A stretch of DNA of 49,565 nt from NCBI GenBank assembly GCA_010356995.1, contig ML996697.1, forward strand, positions 678,153 to 727,717, read 5' to 3'. The notes beneath the pieces were generated by a model. It was not told the origin of the DNA, made no database searches, and saw nothing but the letters and a program-made list of their open reading frames with translations. Below, one piece after another: positions 15,800 through 28,460 of the stretch; within the stretch, counting starts at the first letter, position 1; each line of letters starts with the position of its first letter. The position numbers and the translations under genes were made by a program. The DNA comes from Trichodelitschia bisporula. Its lineage: Eukaryota.

Positions 15800-18250
15800 A
15801 GTCCGAATCGGTGTTATCGGTTGTATAAACGTTGTGCTTTTCCATATAACAACGGCCGTTGGCCCGCAGGGAAAGACGGAAGTGTAGAAACGAGAATTCT
15901 TGGGCTCGAGTTCCCCGAGCCGAGTGCAGCAAAACTAGCGAACTGGACAGAAGCCGTCGTGCACATCGTGAGTCCAGTGATTGCGGCGCATCTGGAGGAA
16001 ACGGAGGCTTTCATCACCTTCGAGTTCAGCCTCCAGTCGCTTCCCTTTCCGCTTCCGCTTCCTAAGCATGGTTTCTACGCGAGGAACCTGAGCTGTTCGT
16101 CTTCACTTTCCATGCTTCGCTTGACCCCATGATGAGGAGATACTTCGTAAGGGCAGCCGGCTGGCCGTAGGGGCTCTCGGCTTCCCCGGACCCCGTTTGA
16201 ACATCATGAAGGCGTGCTCGGGGGCGTCATCGGCGGAGGTAAGCGGTGTGTCCAGCGGAGAGAAAGGCCTGTGGTGCCTGTATAGATTGACGCTGACATA
16301 ATTGCTGGGGCTCTCCGAGCCGATGATGCGCGCCTTGTCGGCCATGTAGTCGAAGAACTGGAGAACTTCCGCACGCACGTTTTTACCACCCTCAGGGGCA
16401 TCAAGCTCCACCTTGACGCGGACGGCGATGTTAATGAACAGCTGCTCGCAGTAGTACTGCCAAAGCTTACAGCTGCCGCTGACATTAAGATGCCCTGCCA
16501 TATACTCCCAAACGCAACATAAGTTGGAGGAGGAGTAGCAGTTCTAGAAGTAGTCAAATGAAGCGTCTTCATTAGTAGTCCGCTTGAGCAGCGGTTCGTG
16601 CTTGAGATGCTCTAGGACGTAGTTCTGTTCCGCAAGTGGTAAGTCAGCGGCGTATAAAAAGAGGGAATGGGAGATAGACCTTTGTGCTACAAGGTCCGGC
16701 TCTTATACTGACGAATAGTATCACCGCCCTTCCTGCGAGACTGCTAGTACCGGAAGTCTGCCTTTTCGATAACGAAGCCGTACACCTCCTTGATGACGCC
16801 ATTCATGCGAAAGCTCGATGCAAACAGGAATTCTCCAAACTCGCATCCTGTGGGACGGAGGCGGCAGCCGTGGTCTGGTCGCCCATTTTGGTGATCTGGG
16901 CCTTCAAAGCTTCATTCTCCTTCAGTTGCTCAGCATCCTGTGGGATGGAGTTGGCAGCAGTAGCCTCGTCGTGTATTTTGGTGATTTGAGCCTTCAGAGC
17001 TTGGTTCTCCGAGTTGATGAGACTGAAATTCGCGGCGGCGGCGACACGCATTTCTTCAACTTGCTGAGGGGAAGCCGCACCCAGGTAGACGGCGAGAAAG
17101 CTTGCCAGCGCATAAGCTTAGAGAAGCGGGCAAGGGCAGCATGGTAAAATAATTGCCTTGCGCCAATGAAGTGTGTGCATAAGATGCAGAAACCGTAAGG
17201 CTGGTGATGAATAAGCTCCTCTCGGAATCTAGCCCAAGTCATGCCCTCGGCACAGCACCTGGAGTCCTCACTAGTTCATGTAGAAGTCCAGAGCATTGCA
17301 CTAGGGTGTCCGTTCCCTATGAATAAATGCCGACATGATGGTATCAAAGTGAAGAAACGGTGCGAAGCGCAGCCCAGTCATGGCCAGGGAAGCATGGATA
17401 GTCCTGCGGGGGGGGGTTTCGTGATTCTATATAGCCACATGCGTCTACGGACATAGACGGAGGCCGAGTCGCTTGCCTCGCGCCGGTTGGTGTAGCGGTT
17501 CGTGATGTGGCGGGCCACTATATGTTGGTGAAGGTTGTGTGAAAGCGCGGGGGCAAAGGGTGCTGGGGCGTCCTGTGAAGTGGCGTCATTTTTGTCCGCT
17601 GCCTCGAGAAAGGTCGGTATGGGGAATGAGGAAGTGAGCGAGTCACAGTTCCAAGTGCTGGGAGAGAGACCAGCCCCATCACCGGCGAGCGGGCGGCGTC
17701 GAAGGCTCGATGAACAGCCCGGCCAACCAGTGCGCCATCATGTCGTCGCGGAGGGCCCAGGACTCCGCAGCTCAGCCCGCGCCTAGCGAGAATTCTTCAA
17801 TTCGTCGGCGAGGCCCTTGGTGTAGCTCGCCTGGCGGTCGTCGAGAAGGTCCTCGAGGTGGCGCACCTGATCCGTGAGACCGGTGCAGAGGGATTCAAGA
17901 TTCTTAACTAGAGCCGGCTTCCGGTGTTAGTAAATGCTCTAGTACACGCCTGACTCTACTTACATCTGCATCGTCGTGGCCCTCCGCCGCATTAAGCCGG
18001 GGCCTGAGGAGCTAGGACCTCAGCGGCAGGCTCGCTACGATTCTTTTTAGGTATCTGGGTCATACGGTCCTTCTTATGTTAGTGCCCCCTGTCGTATGTG
18101 TCTAGAAATACTCACATCGGTGCTGTGGCTAGCCGCCGCCTGGCCGGCGTCACCCTCGCTATGCAGTTTGGCGATCTCTGCTTCCGTCGCCGCGACAGCA
18201 ATACGATGCGCGCTCGTTCGAAGGAAAATCCGGTTCATCGGAGATAGCCT
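15800..18250 (-). pseudogene. Multi-exon, lineage-specific coiled-coil gene, probably decayed (boundaries approximate)
   Basis: Minus-strand GT..CTAAC/CTGAC..AG intron-like segments lie near 18070-18115, 17908-17963 and 16625-16680. Heptad-like peptides include KNLESLCTGLTDQVRHLEDLLDDRQASYTKGLADELKN and ENQALKAQITK, and in-frame stops occur. No family recognised. Confidence 0.3.
16830..17010 (-). repeat. Two tandem 90-bp (30-codon) repeats
   Basis: GCATCCTGTGGGA occurs at 16843 and 16933. The copies encode EN(Q/E)ALKAQITK....(A/T)TAA.S(I/V)PQDA twice. Confidence 0.8.
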
Positions 18251-20262
18251 GCCGCCACAGCCGCGGCGTCGAGTTGGAAGGTGGGCGTTTGTGCCGACTG
18301 CAGAAGCGGCGCATTGCACGCTTCAGGGCCTGCACGAACGCAGCCGGGACGGGCGGCAGACTGCCGGCCAAATCATCGCGGTAGCTCGCGTAAGAGGAAT
18401 CCATAATCGCAGCACGATTGCTGCAGGTCGTTGTGCAGGAGAGCCAGGTAATGATCCTGCATCAGTTCGTGGGTATATACTTTCAACAGGCGCTCACGAC
18501 GCAGCTCCGTCATTTGATCCAGGTACAAAGACCATTAATATCGAAATCAGTGACCACAGGCGTGGGAGGCACAAGGTTGGCTGATGTAATGGAGTGAAAC
18601 ATGTGACCTCTATATCTCCTCCCTGCGATTACGATTGCCACAGGACGCAGGTCATGGCGTTGATCCGAACTTCCGAGCCCCTAGGGGTGTTAGAATGGTA
18701 CTGACTGCACAAAGGGGGGAGAATCATGCTTACCATAGTGCTGATAAGATATCACTGGCATCTCTGCCTGCTGCCGGTTCACTTGCTCCAGTACCTGCTG
18801 TAGCCATGGCGCTCGATCTGGGCCTGCTTGTCCAAGATGACGATAAGAGGCTTGTATTCAACGAACGAGTATATACACCTCGAAACAATACTTTTAGTAG
18901 CGAGCGTGGGTTGTATATGTTTGGGTGATGGTTCTGTAAAATGATGCAGAACCCTCACCCCTCAGTCGTCCACGTCACCCCCCACCTAGCAACCACTTAT
19001 GACTTTTCACCGAATGCGTCACTCGACAACAACTTAGTGAGCCACATCCCGAAAGCAAACGCCGAGTTTGAGCGAAATTGTCGAGAGGTTGATAAGCAGG
19101 AAAGAGCGACCGTCTTCAGCCACGGCATGGGAAGCGCAGATATGTGCATGCACAGCGTAGGAATTCCAGCAGCGGCGAGGAAGTTTGCATCTGCGTGTCG
19201 AGCGTAAGGCCGACGACGCTGGATGGTGTTGGTGAAGACAAGGAAGCTCGCCCGGGCCGTATGTACAGGGAAGAATAGGAGAAGATGAGTTCGTCGGCCA
19301 GCGTTTGCGTACTGGTGGGCAGGCCCAGCAGGCCTTTCCCTTCACTTTTTGTGGCTTGCACTTGTGAAACTTGGATGCAGACTTTGGAATCGCTGTGGTT
19401 GTCCGGAGCTTCGCCGGCAAAGCAGTGAAGGAAGCAGGCGAGGAGAAGAGGAGGGGGCGGTGGGGTCGACATTGAAGGTTGGTGGCAGATTGTGGAAGTC
19501 GAATGAATTGGTCAATGATGGCGTCTATCAAGAAGGATGACCTTTAAAGCTGTGCCCCACACGTTCCGACCGATCCATCTCAGGAGAAGGAAGACAATAC
19601 TCGGACGCTGCTCCTGAGCCTATCATGAACCACGGAGCGGGGTATAGTGGGAAGAAATGTGCGTAAGATGCGGTATATCCTCATTTCGTGAACGATGCCG
19701 TACCACGAGTTCGAGGACGTCCAGAGACAGCATGGCCAGTCCACTGACAGTGCGTAGTGAGGATGTGAGGTGTGGTCGTGAAAGTGGGGACAGAGAGAGG
19801 TAACAACCCTCAGCAGAGGACATGCAGCTGAATATATGCCTTTCCATTCATGAGAAAATCGAGATGGAAGATGCGAGGAAAGGGACTGAGTAGAAGGGAA
19901 TGCCATATAAGAAGGAGGCAAAGGATGCGGTGAGCAAAAGCAAGCTCTGCAGAGGATAGTGCGACTATAGTAGTGGTGGGCGTTGATGGATGTGGGGGAG
20001 GGGATATATATCGCAAGTCATCGGCATGTTTGTAGACGACGAACATCGCTTCGCCCCCAACGTGACTCACCGGAACCCCTCTTGCAACAACTTTCCACAA
20101 ACCTCATGACATCCCTACAACGCGTAGCCCAACGGGCCCATATCACCAAAAGCGCCTTCACCCAGTCAGCTCGCCACCACTCGTCACACCCAAATCATCA
20201 ACATGAGAGAAATAAATTATCCAAACACAACACCAAACAAGAATTTACAACCCACCAGCTAG

Positions 20263-22499
20263 CTAATACCGCATCCTCCGATCATCATGCCCATGCCCCT
20301 CCATCGCCTCCATACCACCCGCCGGCGCCTCAGCCGCAGGAGCCGCCTCCGCAGCAGGCGGCGAAGCCCCACCAGCACCACCAAGAGCACCAGCACCTAG
20401 TCACATCAGCCCCGATCACCGCAAGTCAGGAGAAAGAAAACTCACCACCAAGACCACCCAGACCGCCGAGGCCGCCAGCGCCACCCAGACCACCGAGCCC
20501 ACCACCACCCTTCGCCCCCCCCTTCATCCCCCCAAAGCCCCCACCACCCGCCTTAGGCATCTTCGCACCCCCCCCACCCTTCCCCTTCATCCCCTTCCCC
20601 CCCCCACCCTTCTTCCCCCCCTTGCCCTTCCCCTTGGGCCCCTTCTGCGCATCACCATCCGCGAACTCCTCCGCCTCAGCGGCCTCAGCAGCGCTCATCT
20701 CGAGGAGGGCACGGCGGCGCAGGGATTCAATACTGGCAGTGCTGGACAGTGGCGTAAGGGACGCAGAACCAGACGAGTCGGTAGAGCTCACACCCTCCGT
20801 CTGCACCATCTTGCCCTTGCCCTTACCCTTCCCCTTGCCCTTCCCCTTCTTGCCCTTGCCCTTCTTGCCCTTGCCCTTCCCCTTGCCCTTAGGCCGCTGC
20901 TCATCCTCCTCAGTGGCATCAGCGTAGTCACCAGCCTCAGCCAGCTCCTTAGCCTCAGCAACATCAAGCTCAGCCAGCTCGCGGCGGCGCAGAGCTTCGG
21001 TGCTCAGGCCCTTCGGGGGAGGAGGGAGGTCAGCAGAATCGGTAGAGGGTGGTCCACCGGGACCCTTGGCACCGAACTCGCCCTTCGGACCCTTGGCGCC
21101 GAACTCTCCCTTCGGGCCCTTGGGCCCCTTGGCACCGAATTCGCCCTTAGGACCACCGTGTCCTTGACCGCCGAATTCGCCCTTCGGGCCACCATGACCT
21201 TGGCCGCCGAACTCGCCCTTCGGCCCACCATGTCCCTGACCGCCAAACTCGCCCTTAGGACGATCGCCATGCGCATGCCCCTCGCCCTTCGGCGAGCCAG
21301 GCGCACCACCAAGACCGCCCGGCCCACCCGGCGCCTTGCCAGGGAAGCCGCCGGGGCCGCCGAAGCCCGACGTACCGGGGCCGCCAGGGCCCTTGCCGGG
21401 GAGACCGCCGCCGGGGAAGCCGCCCGCGCCCTTGGGGCCGCCGGGGAAGGACCCACCGAAGCCGCCGGGACCGGAGGCACCCGAAGCACCGGGAGGACCG
21501 CCGGGCAAGGACCCACCGAAGCCGCCGAAGCCGCCGGCGCCGGGAGCGCCCGCAGCACCGGGAAGGCCGCCGGGGAAAGATCCGCCGAAGCCGCCGGCGC
21601 CCTTGGGGAAGGACCCGCCGACACCGCTGCCGAAGGTGCCGCTGCCGAAGGAGCCGCCGAAGCCGCCTGGGGTTGTTAGTAAGGTAGGGAGTAGGGGGGT
21701 GGAGGGGAGGAGACGAACCGCTGCCACTGCCCTTGGGACTGGGGCCCTTGGGGCCCTTGGGCGGATCGTCCGCAACATCGCGCTTGTCGATAGAGGCGGT
21801 GCTGCCAACGGCCTCGATGGTGAGGCCACCGGCCGGCGAGGAGATGGAGATCTCCTCGGTGGCCTTCGGGGTTTTAACGGCCTTGGTCTTGGCTGCCTTC
21901 TCAGGAGTGGAGGAAGAGGGCTTGGGCTTGGAAGCCTTCTCCGGCTTCGGGGGCTTGTTGGCGCTTTCGGGCTTCGGCGCCTTGTCGGAATGAGCGTGCT
22001 CAGACTTCTCGGGCTTCGGGGGCTTGTTGGTGCTTTCGGGCTTCGGTGCCTTGTCGGAATGAGCGTGCTCAGACTTCTCGGGCTTCGGGGGCTGGTTGGC
22101 GCTTTCGGGCTTCGGAGTCTTATCGGCGTGAGAGTGGCCGCCGTTGTCGGGCTTAGGCTCCTTGGGTGCCTTGTCAGTCTTTTCTTTCTTCTCCTTCTTC
22201 TCGCCCTTCTCGGGCTTGGGCGCCTTCTCGGGCTTGGGCGCCTTCTCCGTCTTGGGCTTCTTGTCCGCCTTGGGGGCGGAGCCGTCAAGCGGCTTTGGCT
22301 TCTTCGCGTCGAGAGCGTCGGTGGCCTCGGTGGCTTCAGCAACGCTTAAGGATTCTAGTGTCGTTAGCATCGGCCCAAAACTTCGCACTGAACACCTACC
22401 AGCGACCAGCTCGCCATTCTGCGCCTGCAGATCACGAGCAACGGTCCGCGCCAGCCCCGAGCTGACCAGAGCAGCAAGGAGTAAACCGCGAGCAACCAT
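20263..22499 (-). CDS. Secreted Gly/Pro/Lys-rich low-complexity repeat protein with Kex2-like sites (4 exons)
   Basis: Signal peptide MVARGLLLAALVSSGLA. Introns 22355-22399, 21667-21718 and 20397-20445 (GT..CTAAC/CTGAT..AG) join ORFs 21255-22499 and 20426-22342 to a last exon ending GHGHDDRRMRY*. Repeats include PKPEK, GPKGEFGGQGHG and KGKG. Confidence 0.8.
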
Positions 22500-23718
22500 A
22501 TTTGCGGAAGGAAAGGGGGTAAGCTACGGCGACCAGCAGCACGCAGCAGACTTGTAGAGAGCGAAAAAGACCGAATACCGAGCGTGGGTAATTGTGGGGT
22601 AACGAGCAGATCGATCGGCGAGCCGCCACCGCTTTATATCCCCATCAGTCTTTGCTCACACCATGGCTCACACGGGGGATGCGAGCACGATGCAGCAGAT
22701 GCGTGCGTCCAGCGTCCCTGGTTCAGCTTCTATATTGCGATGCAATCAAGGCGAAAGCGTAGATGGGGCCGCATGCACGGGGCTTTCTCCTCGCGACCCC
22801 ATTCTCTTCACCGCGGTGGCGGGCGAATTAGGACTTGACTGGCGTCCCCTGGGCGGAGCGTGCTGTGGGAGGAGGGATAACCGTGTCCGCCTCGCGAGCG
22901 CTCGTTCCGTCTGTGCGCCGTGTAGAGTGAAATCATAGGAAGCGCGGTCTGGGTGCCTTGACGGGGGGATGCTAGAAGCAATGGAGGGATTGAGGGGAAA
23001 GGAATCACGGGGTAGAGGAATTGGGGCATGGATCCGGCCACTCATGGCGAGAAGCGCCGGAGTGTCATCCTAAATGTGACCATGTTCAATGGCGTCGGGC
23101 TATTTGGCAATTCTTTTACCTGATGGACATGTCTAGACCACGGCAATAGTGCCGGGACGATGAAACGTCTGGACTTTTCCAGATCCGCCAATGGCGTGAG
23201 ATCCGCAGACAAGTCTTGCCAAGTCAGCTCCAAGGCGGTGGAATCCAGGAATGTGGGCTGCCTTGGCCCATGATGGAGGGTGGAGAAAGGGACATGTTTG
23301 GCGGGACGGGTGCACGATGTTGACAGCTGGGCGGCGGGCGCGGGGCGTGGTGCAGGGCGAAATGGCAGAGCACAGACAAAGGAGATCGCGTTTCACCTTG
23401 ATGCGGATCTATGAAAAGGATCGGAGACAGGCTGGTGGCGCGGTGGTGAGGTTCGAGGCAAGTGATTCTCTCAATGTGAGCCAATGGCCGGGGGCGGGGG
23501 TCTGGATATCTAACATGTCCCTATAATGTGCTGTTTATGCCGGGCATATTATTGCAGACGGCATTTTCGATTCGATGGCGTGAAAGAGACTCATCTGTGC
23601 GCAACGCGGGCGGGGAGGAATAGACGCTGTTTCTGGGACGGAGAGGTCTATAGGGTATCGTTCTCGCGTTCTCCACAGGAAGACAGCTGCAGTTTGGTAT
23701 TTTACCAGATTTTGAAGC

Positions 23719-23749
23719 GAGAGGGAGAGAGAGAGAGAGAGAGAGAGAG
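23719..23749. repeat. (GA)n microsatellite
   Basis: Direct GA dinucleotide run. Confidence 0.95.
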
Positions 23750-25762
23750 CGGAGATGCAAAGAGGAGAGGTCGAAGAGGTGAGGTTGTTGCGAGACGTCA
23801 CAAAGGCCAAGACGGGCGGACTGGGCACCACCGAGACAAGCGGAGGGCAGCTTCCCGACCTCACATCGCGGCAAAAACTAGCAAGGTTAGCATCAATCAT
23901 CACCATCCACGCCATCATTCGAACCTCAAGCCTCGTTCCACGCGTAAATCGGTATTCTGGTCTGCACCAGCAACTCCACGACCAGCACCTCTCTCGTGCC
24001 GGTCACCACCCTCCGCACTACACTACCCATTGTCGGCCGACTCCGCTCAATGCTCGACATCAACCAGCAACAGCTCGTAAAATTGCACACAATATCCGCC
24101 AATGGGCTTTAATCTTGCCCGAGAATTGCTACTTTGCGCTTAATCTGAACCAGAACCAGATGATGGGACGTGCAGACCAGCAGTCCGGACCCCAGATGCT
24201 GCCCGGCAATCAGTGCCGGACCACCATAGTGCACCGCGCACGAGGCCAAGTCGTGGCGGCGATGCGAACTATGGCCTTTACCATGCACCGCATCGGACGG
24301 ACGGGCGTCTGGCCGCCGCTTCTAGTGTCTTGGTCGGTCGAGAAGCATCTTTGGACGCTGGGCAATTCATTCGGGCGGCCTGGTCCGTCATAGCCACGAA
24401 GCTTCGCTCGTATTCCCACAGCTCTCATATCGCCTCTCCCAGCTCGCCCTCGCATCTCGAGCGCAGCCTCCCCACCCCTCCCCACATCCCCAGCTTCCCC
24501 CGCTCGCAAACACTTATACCCAGGACTCAAGCGTTATTGCGCACCCAACGGGCCGCGCAAAGTAACCCCACCAATCGCCGCTCCGTCGGCAACGGCCGAC
24601 ATCTGTAAAGGACTATGCGCAGCTACCTCCTCGCTCCGTCTCCCGCAAACGACACCCGCTGGCGCACTTGCCGGATATGGAAAGCCCATTTGTGCTCCGC
24701 AAGTCCCTCCGCTCTATTTGCCACACCTACGCTGATCGGGAACTAACGGCCGTTTCTAGTGCCGGCTGCTGCACACTGCGCGTGGAGTTAGAGAATGGCG
24801 GCGAAGGAAGCCTTGGAGTACCCCGCGTTTTGCCTGAAATAGGACTTTAGCGTGGTGTAGCATGGTGTCGCGATGGCGGAGGTTTGGGTATACACAGGGT
24901 GGGTGGAGTATTTGCCGTTATCAATACCAAACCACTCTGCCTCGCTTCCAATGTCCCGAACCGGCGGCCGCCGCCATCTATCGGAACCAGCAATGGAACC
25001 GACAAGTCGGACTCACCTAAGGAGATTCGGCTTCTTCTATCGGATTATTCCAAGAACTCGAACGTTCGGGTGGACTAGCGACGATGTACGGCATCTCCTC
25101 CGAGCCCTTCTTTTGCCGATCTCCTCATTGGCAGCAGGTGCAGCTTTGCCCACAGTCCCGGCTCCGAGTTTCGGCAATGGTTTGAGGTCGGGGCCCGAAA
25201 TGACGCCGTTTTAGCGTAATGATCTACCAGATGGTACTCTGCCCGTCTCCGGCTGCGCTTCGATGAATGTGGCGGTTCTCACGGTGCGTAGGTTGCGTGT
25301 GAATTTGGGACTGGATCTCTGATGGGACAAGATGAAGCTCTTCCCCGGAATCTGCAGATGGACTTCCTAGATCTAATGATATGACACATTTAACTTCTTC
25401 CGTGCTCGCCGAGTTGTTGTCGGGGTTTCTCGGTAATGTGCATAGATTCATTTCGAAGACGCCCGTGATACATGCCGTGAGTTGTCGTTAGTTTGCCGGG
25501 CATGTACATTGGTCACCAGTGCAGAGTAAAGGCAAAAATGAAAGACGAAGAATAGAAAAGAGAGGAGAGTGGCAGAGCGGCTGTCCTGCCCTCTAGTGCT
25601 GCTTCTGGCTTCTCCCTCAGCTACTTCCCCAGCCAGGTATGCTCCTTCCAAAAGTATGGATGCTCCTTTCCCTTGCTCTACGCCAGAGCCAGACTTCATC
25701 CGCGTAGAAAGGCTGAATATAGCTGATACCGGATGAGACGAAAGGTTCTCCGCACAGGAATG

Positions 25763-28460
25763 GCGATATCTTCATGACTCTGCAGTCCCGGCGCTTGGGA
25801 CATCGTCCCCCATAATCACCGAGTTGCCCGTAACATTCTGAACTCAACAATCTTCATTTCGGAGGAGGTTGATGGTACATGCCCTGGTAATGAGTAGTCA
25901 TGTGATGGTCTACCGTATTCGGACTTGAGGCACTGATGGATGAGACAAGAGGTTCACGGAGGAAGATGTGGATATCTCCACCATTCTGACGATCTAGCAT
26001 TTCAGACATTGTCTCCAGTGATTTTCAGATTGCCTTCGGTATCCCAATACCAGCAAATTTTGTCTTCGAAGGAGTCGATGATACACGCAGGATATTGCGA
26101 CGCAGACGTCCGCTCAAAAGCGGACCACGCGAAGAACCCGATATCTCCACGGTTCCGCCAATCTAACGATTTTAAATATTCTCTAGTGATCGCTAGGCTG
26201 TTCTCAGCATGTCAATGTTAGCAAACTTAGTTTTCGAAGAGGTCGGTGGTGCACGCTAAATATTGCGACGTATATGTCCGCTCAAAAGCGGGCCGCGCAA
26301 AGAAGCCGATATCTCCACGGTTCCGGTGTCCCGACGTCCCGGACTTTGTCTCTAGTGATCGCTAGGCTGTTTTCAGCATATCAATACCGGCAAACTTATT
26401 TTTCGAAGAGGTCGGTGGTGCACGCTGGATATTGCGATACAGACGGCGGCTTAAAAGCGGGCCTTGCGAAGAAGCCGATATCTCTACCGCTCCGCCGATC
26501 CAGCGTCTTTAACATTGTCTCTGGCAATTATCAAGCTACCCTAAGAATTTTGATGCCAACAAACTTTGATTTCGAGGAGGCCGATGATACACGCTGGGCT
26601 TTGCGATATAGACGTCTGCTCAAAAGCGGATCCATAAGAAGTAGCCATATCTCCACCGCTCCGCCGATCCAGCGCTTCTAACGTCGTCTCTAGTAATCGT
26701 CAGGTTGCCGTAAGTACATTGATCCCGACAAACTTTGCTTTCGTGGAGGTTGCTGATACACGCCATAAATCGACCCAAACGAAGCGCTCCCGATCCATCG
26801 ATCAATGGATCATCAATCCACATATATATGGATCCATCGATCAATATATCTTATTTTCCTTGTGCTGCTGACGTTAGGCCATCAGGGGCTTCCTCAGAGC
26901 ATCATAGAGAGCTTCAACAGTTGGCGGGGATGGCGTTTTTGACATGGTCTCCGGTGATCGCCTAGTTGCCCACAGCATTTAGATGCCAATTAGAATCGCT
27001 TTTGAAGAGGTTAATGATACACGCCATGAATCCACCTAAGCCGAGCGATTCCGATCCATTGATCAATGGATCACCAATCCATAGATATATGGATCGATCG
27101 ATCAATCTATCTTAATATTCTTGTGCTACTGACGTCAGGGCATCAGCCTTGCGGAGAAAAACGTCGATAACTTCACCACTTCGAAGAGATGACTTTGAGC
27201 ACATGGTCTCTCGTAGTCCCCAGTCTGCCTTCAGTATGTTGATGCTAATCAGTTTTATTTTCGAGGAGGTTGATGATGCACGTCACAACTCGACCTAAAC
27301 CGAGCGACTCCGAATCCATTGATCAATGGATCCTCAATCCATAGATATATGGATCTACCCATAAATCAATATTAGTGCTGTAGACGTCCGGGTATCAGTG
27401 TGACAACCACAACACCATGAATATCCCCACCAAATTGCGGATATAGCGTGTATGACACTGTTTTCTGCGATCATCGAGCTGTTCTGAGCATTCTTATGCT
27501 AACTTGACTCGTTTCCGAAGAGGTTAATGGTACACGCTATGCCTATAGATCCATCGATCAGTCTACCTTGATGTCCTTACCTGTTGACCGAGCATAAAGG
27601 CGACAACCAGACCACCATGGATAGCTCCACCAATTTGCGGAGAAGGCGTGCATGACATGGTCTCCTGTGATTGCCCAGCTGCCGTAAAATTTTGATGCCC
27701 GTTAGAATCATTTTCGAGGAGGTCAGTGATACACGTCATGAGTGTATAGATCTACAGTCTATAGATGTATGGATCGATCGATCAATCCATTTTAGTGCCG
27801 TCCACGTCCGGACATCAATGCAACAACTAGAAAATCATGTATAGTTCCACCAGTTCGCGGAGATGGCGTGCATGATGTGGTCTGCCGTGATCATCTAGTC
27901 GCCGTGAACATTCTGATGCCCATTGAAATCGTTTTTGAAGAGGTTGATGATACACGTTATGATGAGTATAGATCCACAATCCATACATGTAGAGATCCAT
28001 CGATCAAGCCATCTTAGTACAGGATATCAAACTGTTACCCCGATATCTCCACGGTTCCGCAGAACAGGCGTTTATAACATCCTTCCCAGTAATCTCCAAG
28101 TTGCCCCGAACATCCTCATCTCAATTAAAATTACCTTAGAGGAGGTTGGTGATACAAGTCGTGAGTATAGATCCACAGTCTATATATGTATGGGTTCATC
28201 GATCAACCCATCTTAGATGTAGAAATCCAGCACGGCATCAGCCTATCACCCCGATATCTCTACGGTTCCGCAGAACACGCGTTTATAACATCCTCCGCGG
28301 GGATCTCCAAGTCGCCCTGAACATTCTCATGCCAATTAGAATCGTTTTCGAGGAGGAGGTCGATGATACGCGCCATGAAGCGACCCAAACCGAGCGACTC
28401 CGATCCATTCATCAATGGATCCTCAATCCATAGATATACGGATTTATCGATCAAACCCTC
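25763..28460. repeat. Tandem array of 13 diverged non-coding units (conserved ~120-bp module + variable segment)
   Basis: Core TT(C/T)GA(A/G)GAGGT(T/C)GATGATACACG variants occur at ~25858, 26065, 26233, 26402, 26571, 26740, 27001, 27260, 27514, 27713, 27934, 28136 and 28347. Each is preceded ~95 bp upstream by a GATATCTCCAC-like motif. Confidence 0.92.

Noticed and set aside
19983..22349. Pro-rich plus-strand ORFs (19983-20927, 21336-22349) resembling extensin, formin or collagen
   Set aside because: They are antisense mirrors of the Gly-rich minus-strand gene, which has the signal peptide and canonical introns. That protein also lacks a sustained Gly-X-Y register, so it is not called collagen.
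25763..28460. Array as a CRISPR locus, a C/D snoRNA cluster (TGATGA in the core) or a coding repeat
   Set aside because: Eukaryotic context with no cas genes. Repeats are long and diverged, and the variable segments are related to one another. TGATGA is not kept in several units (e.g. CGGTGG). Unit lengths break frame and stops are frequent.
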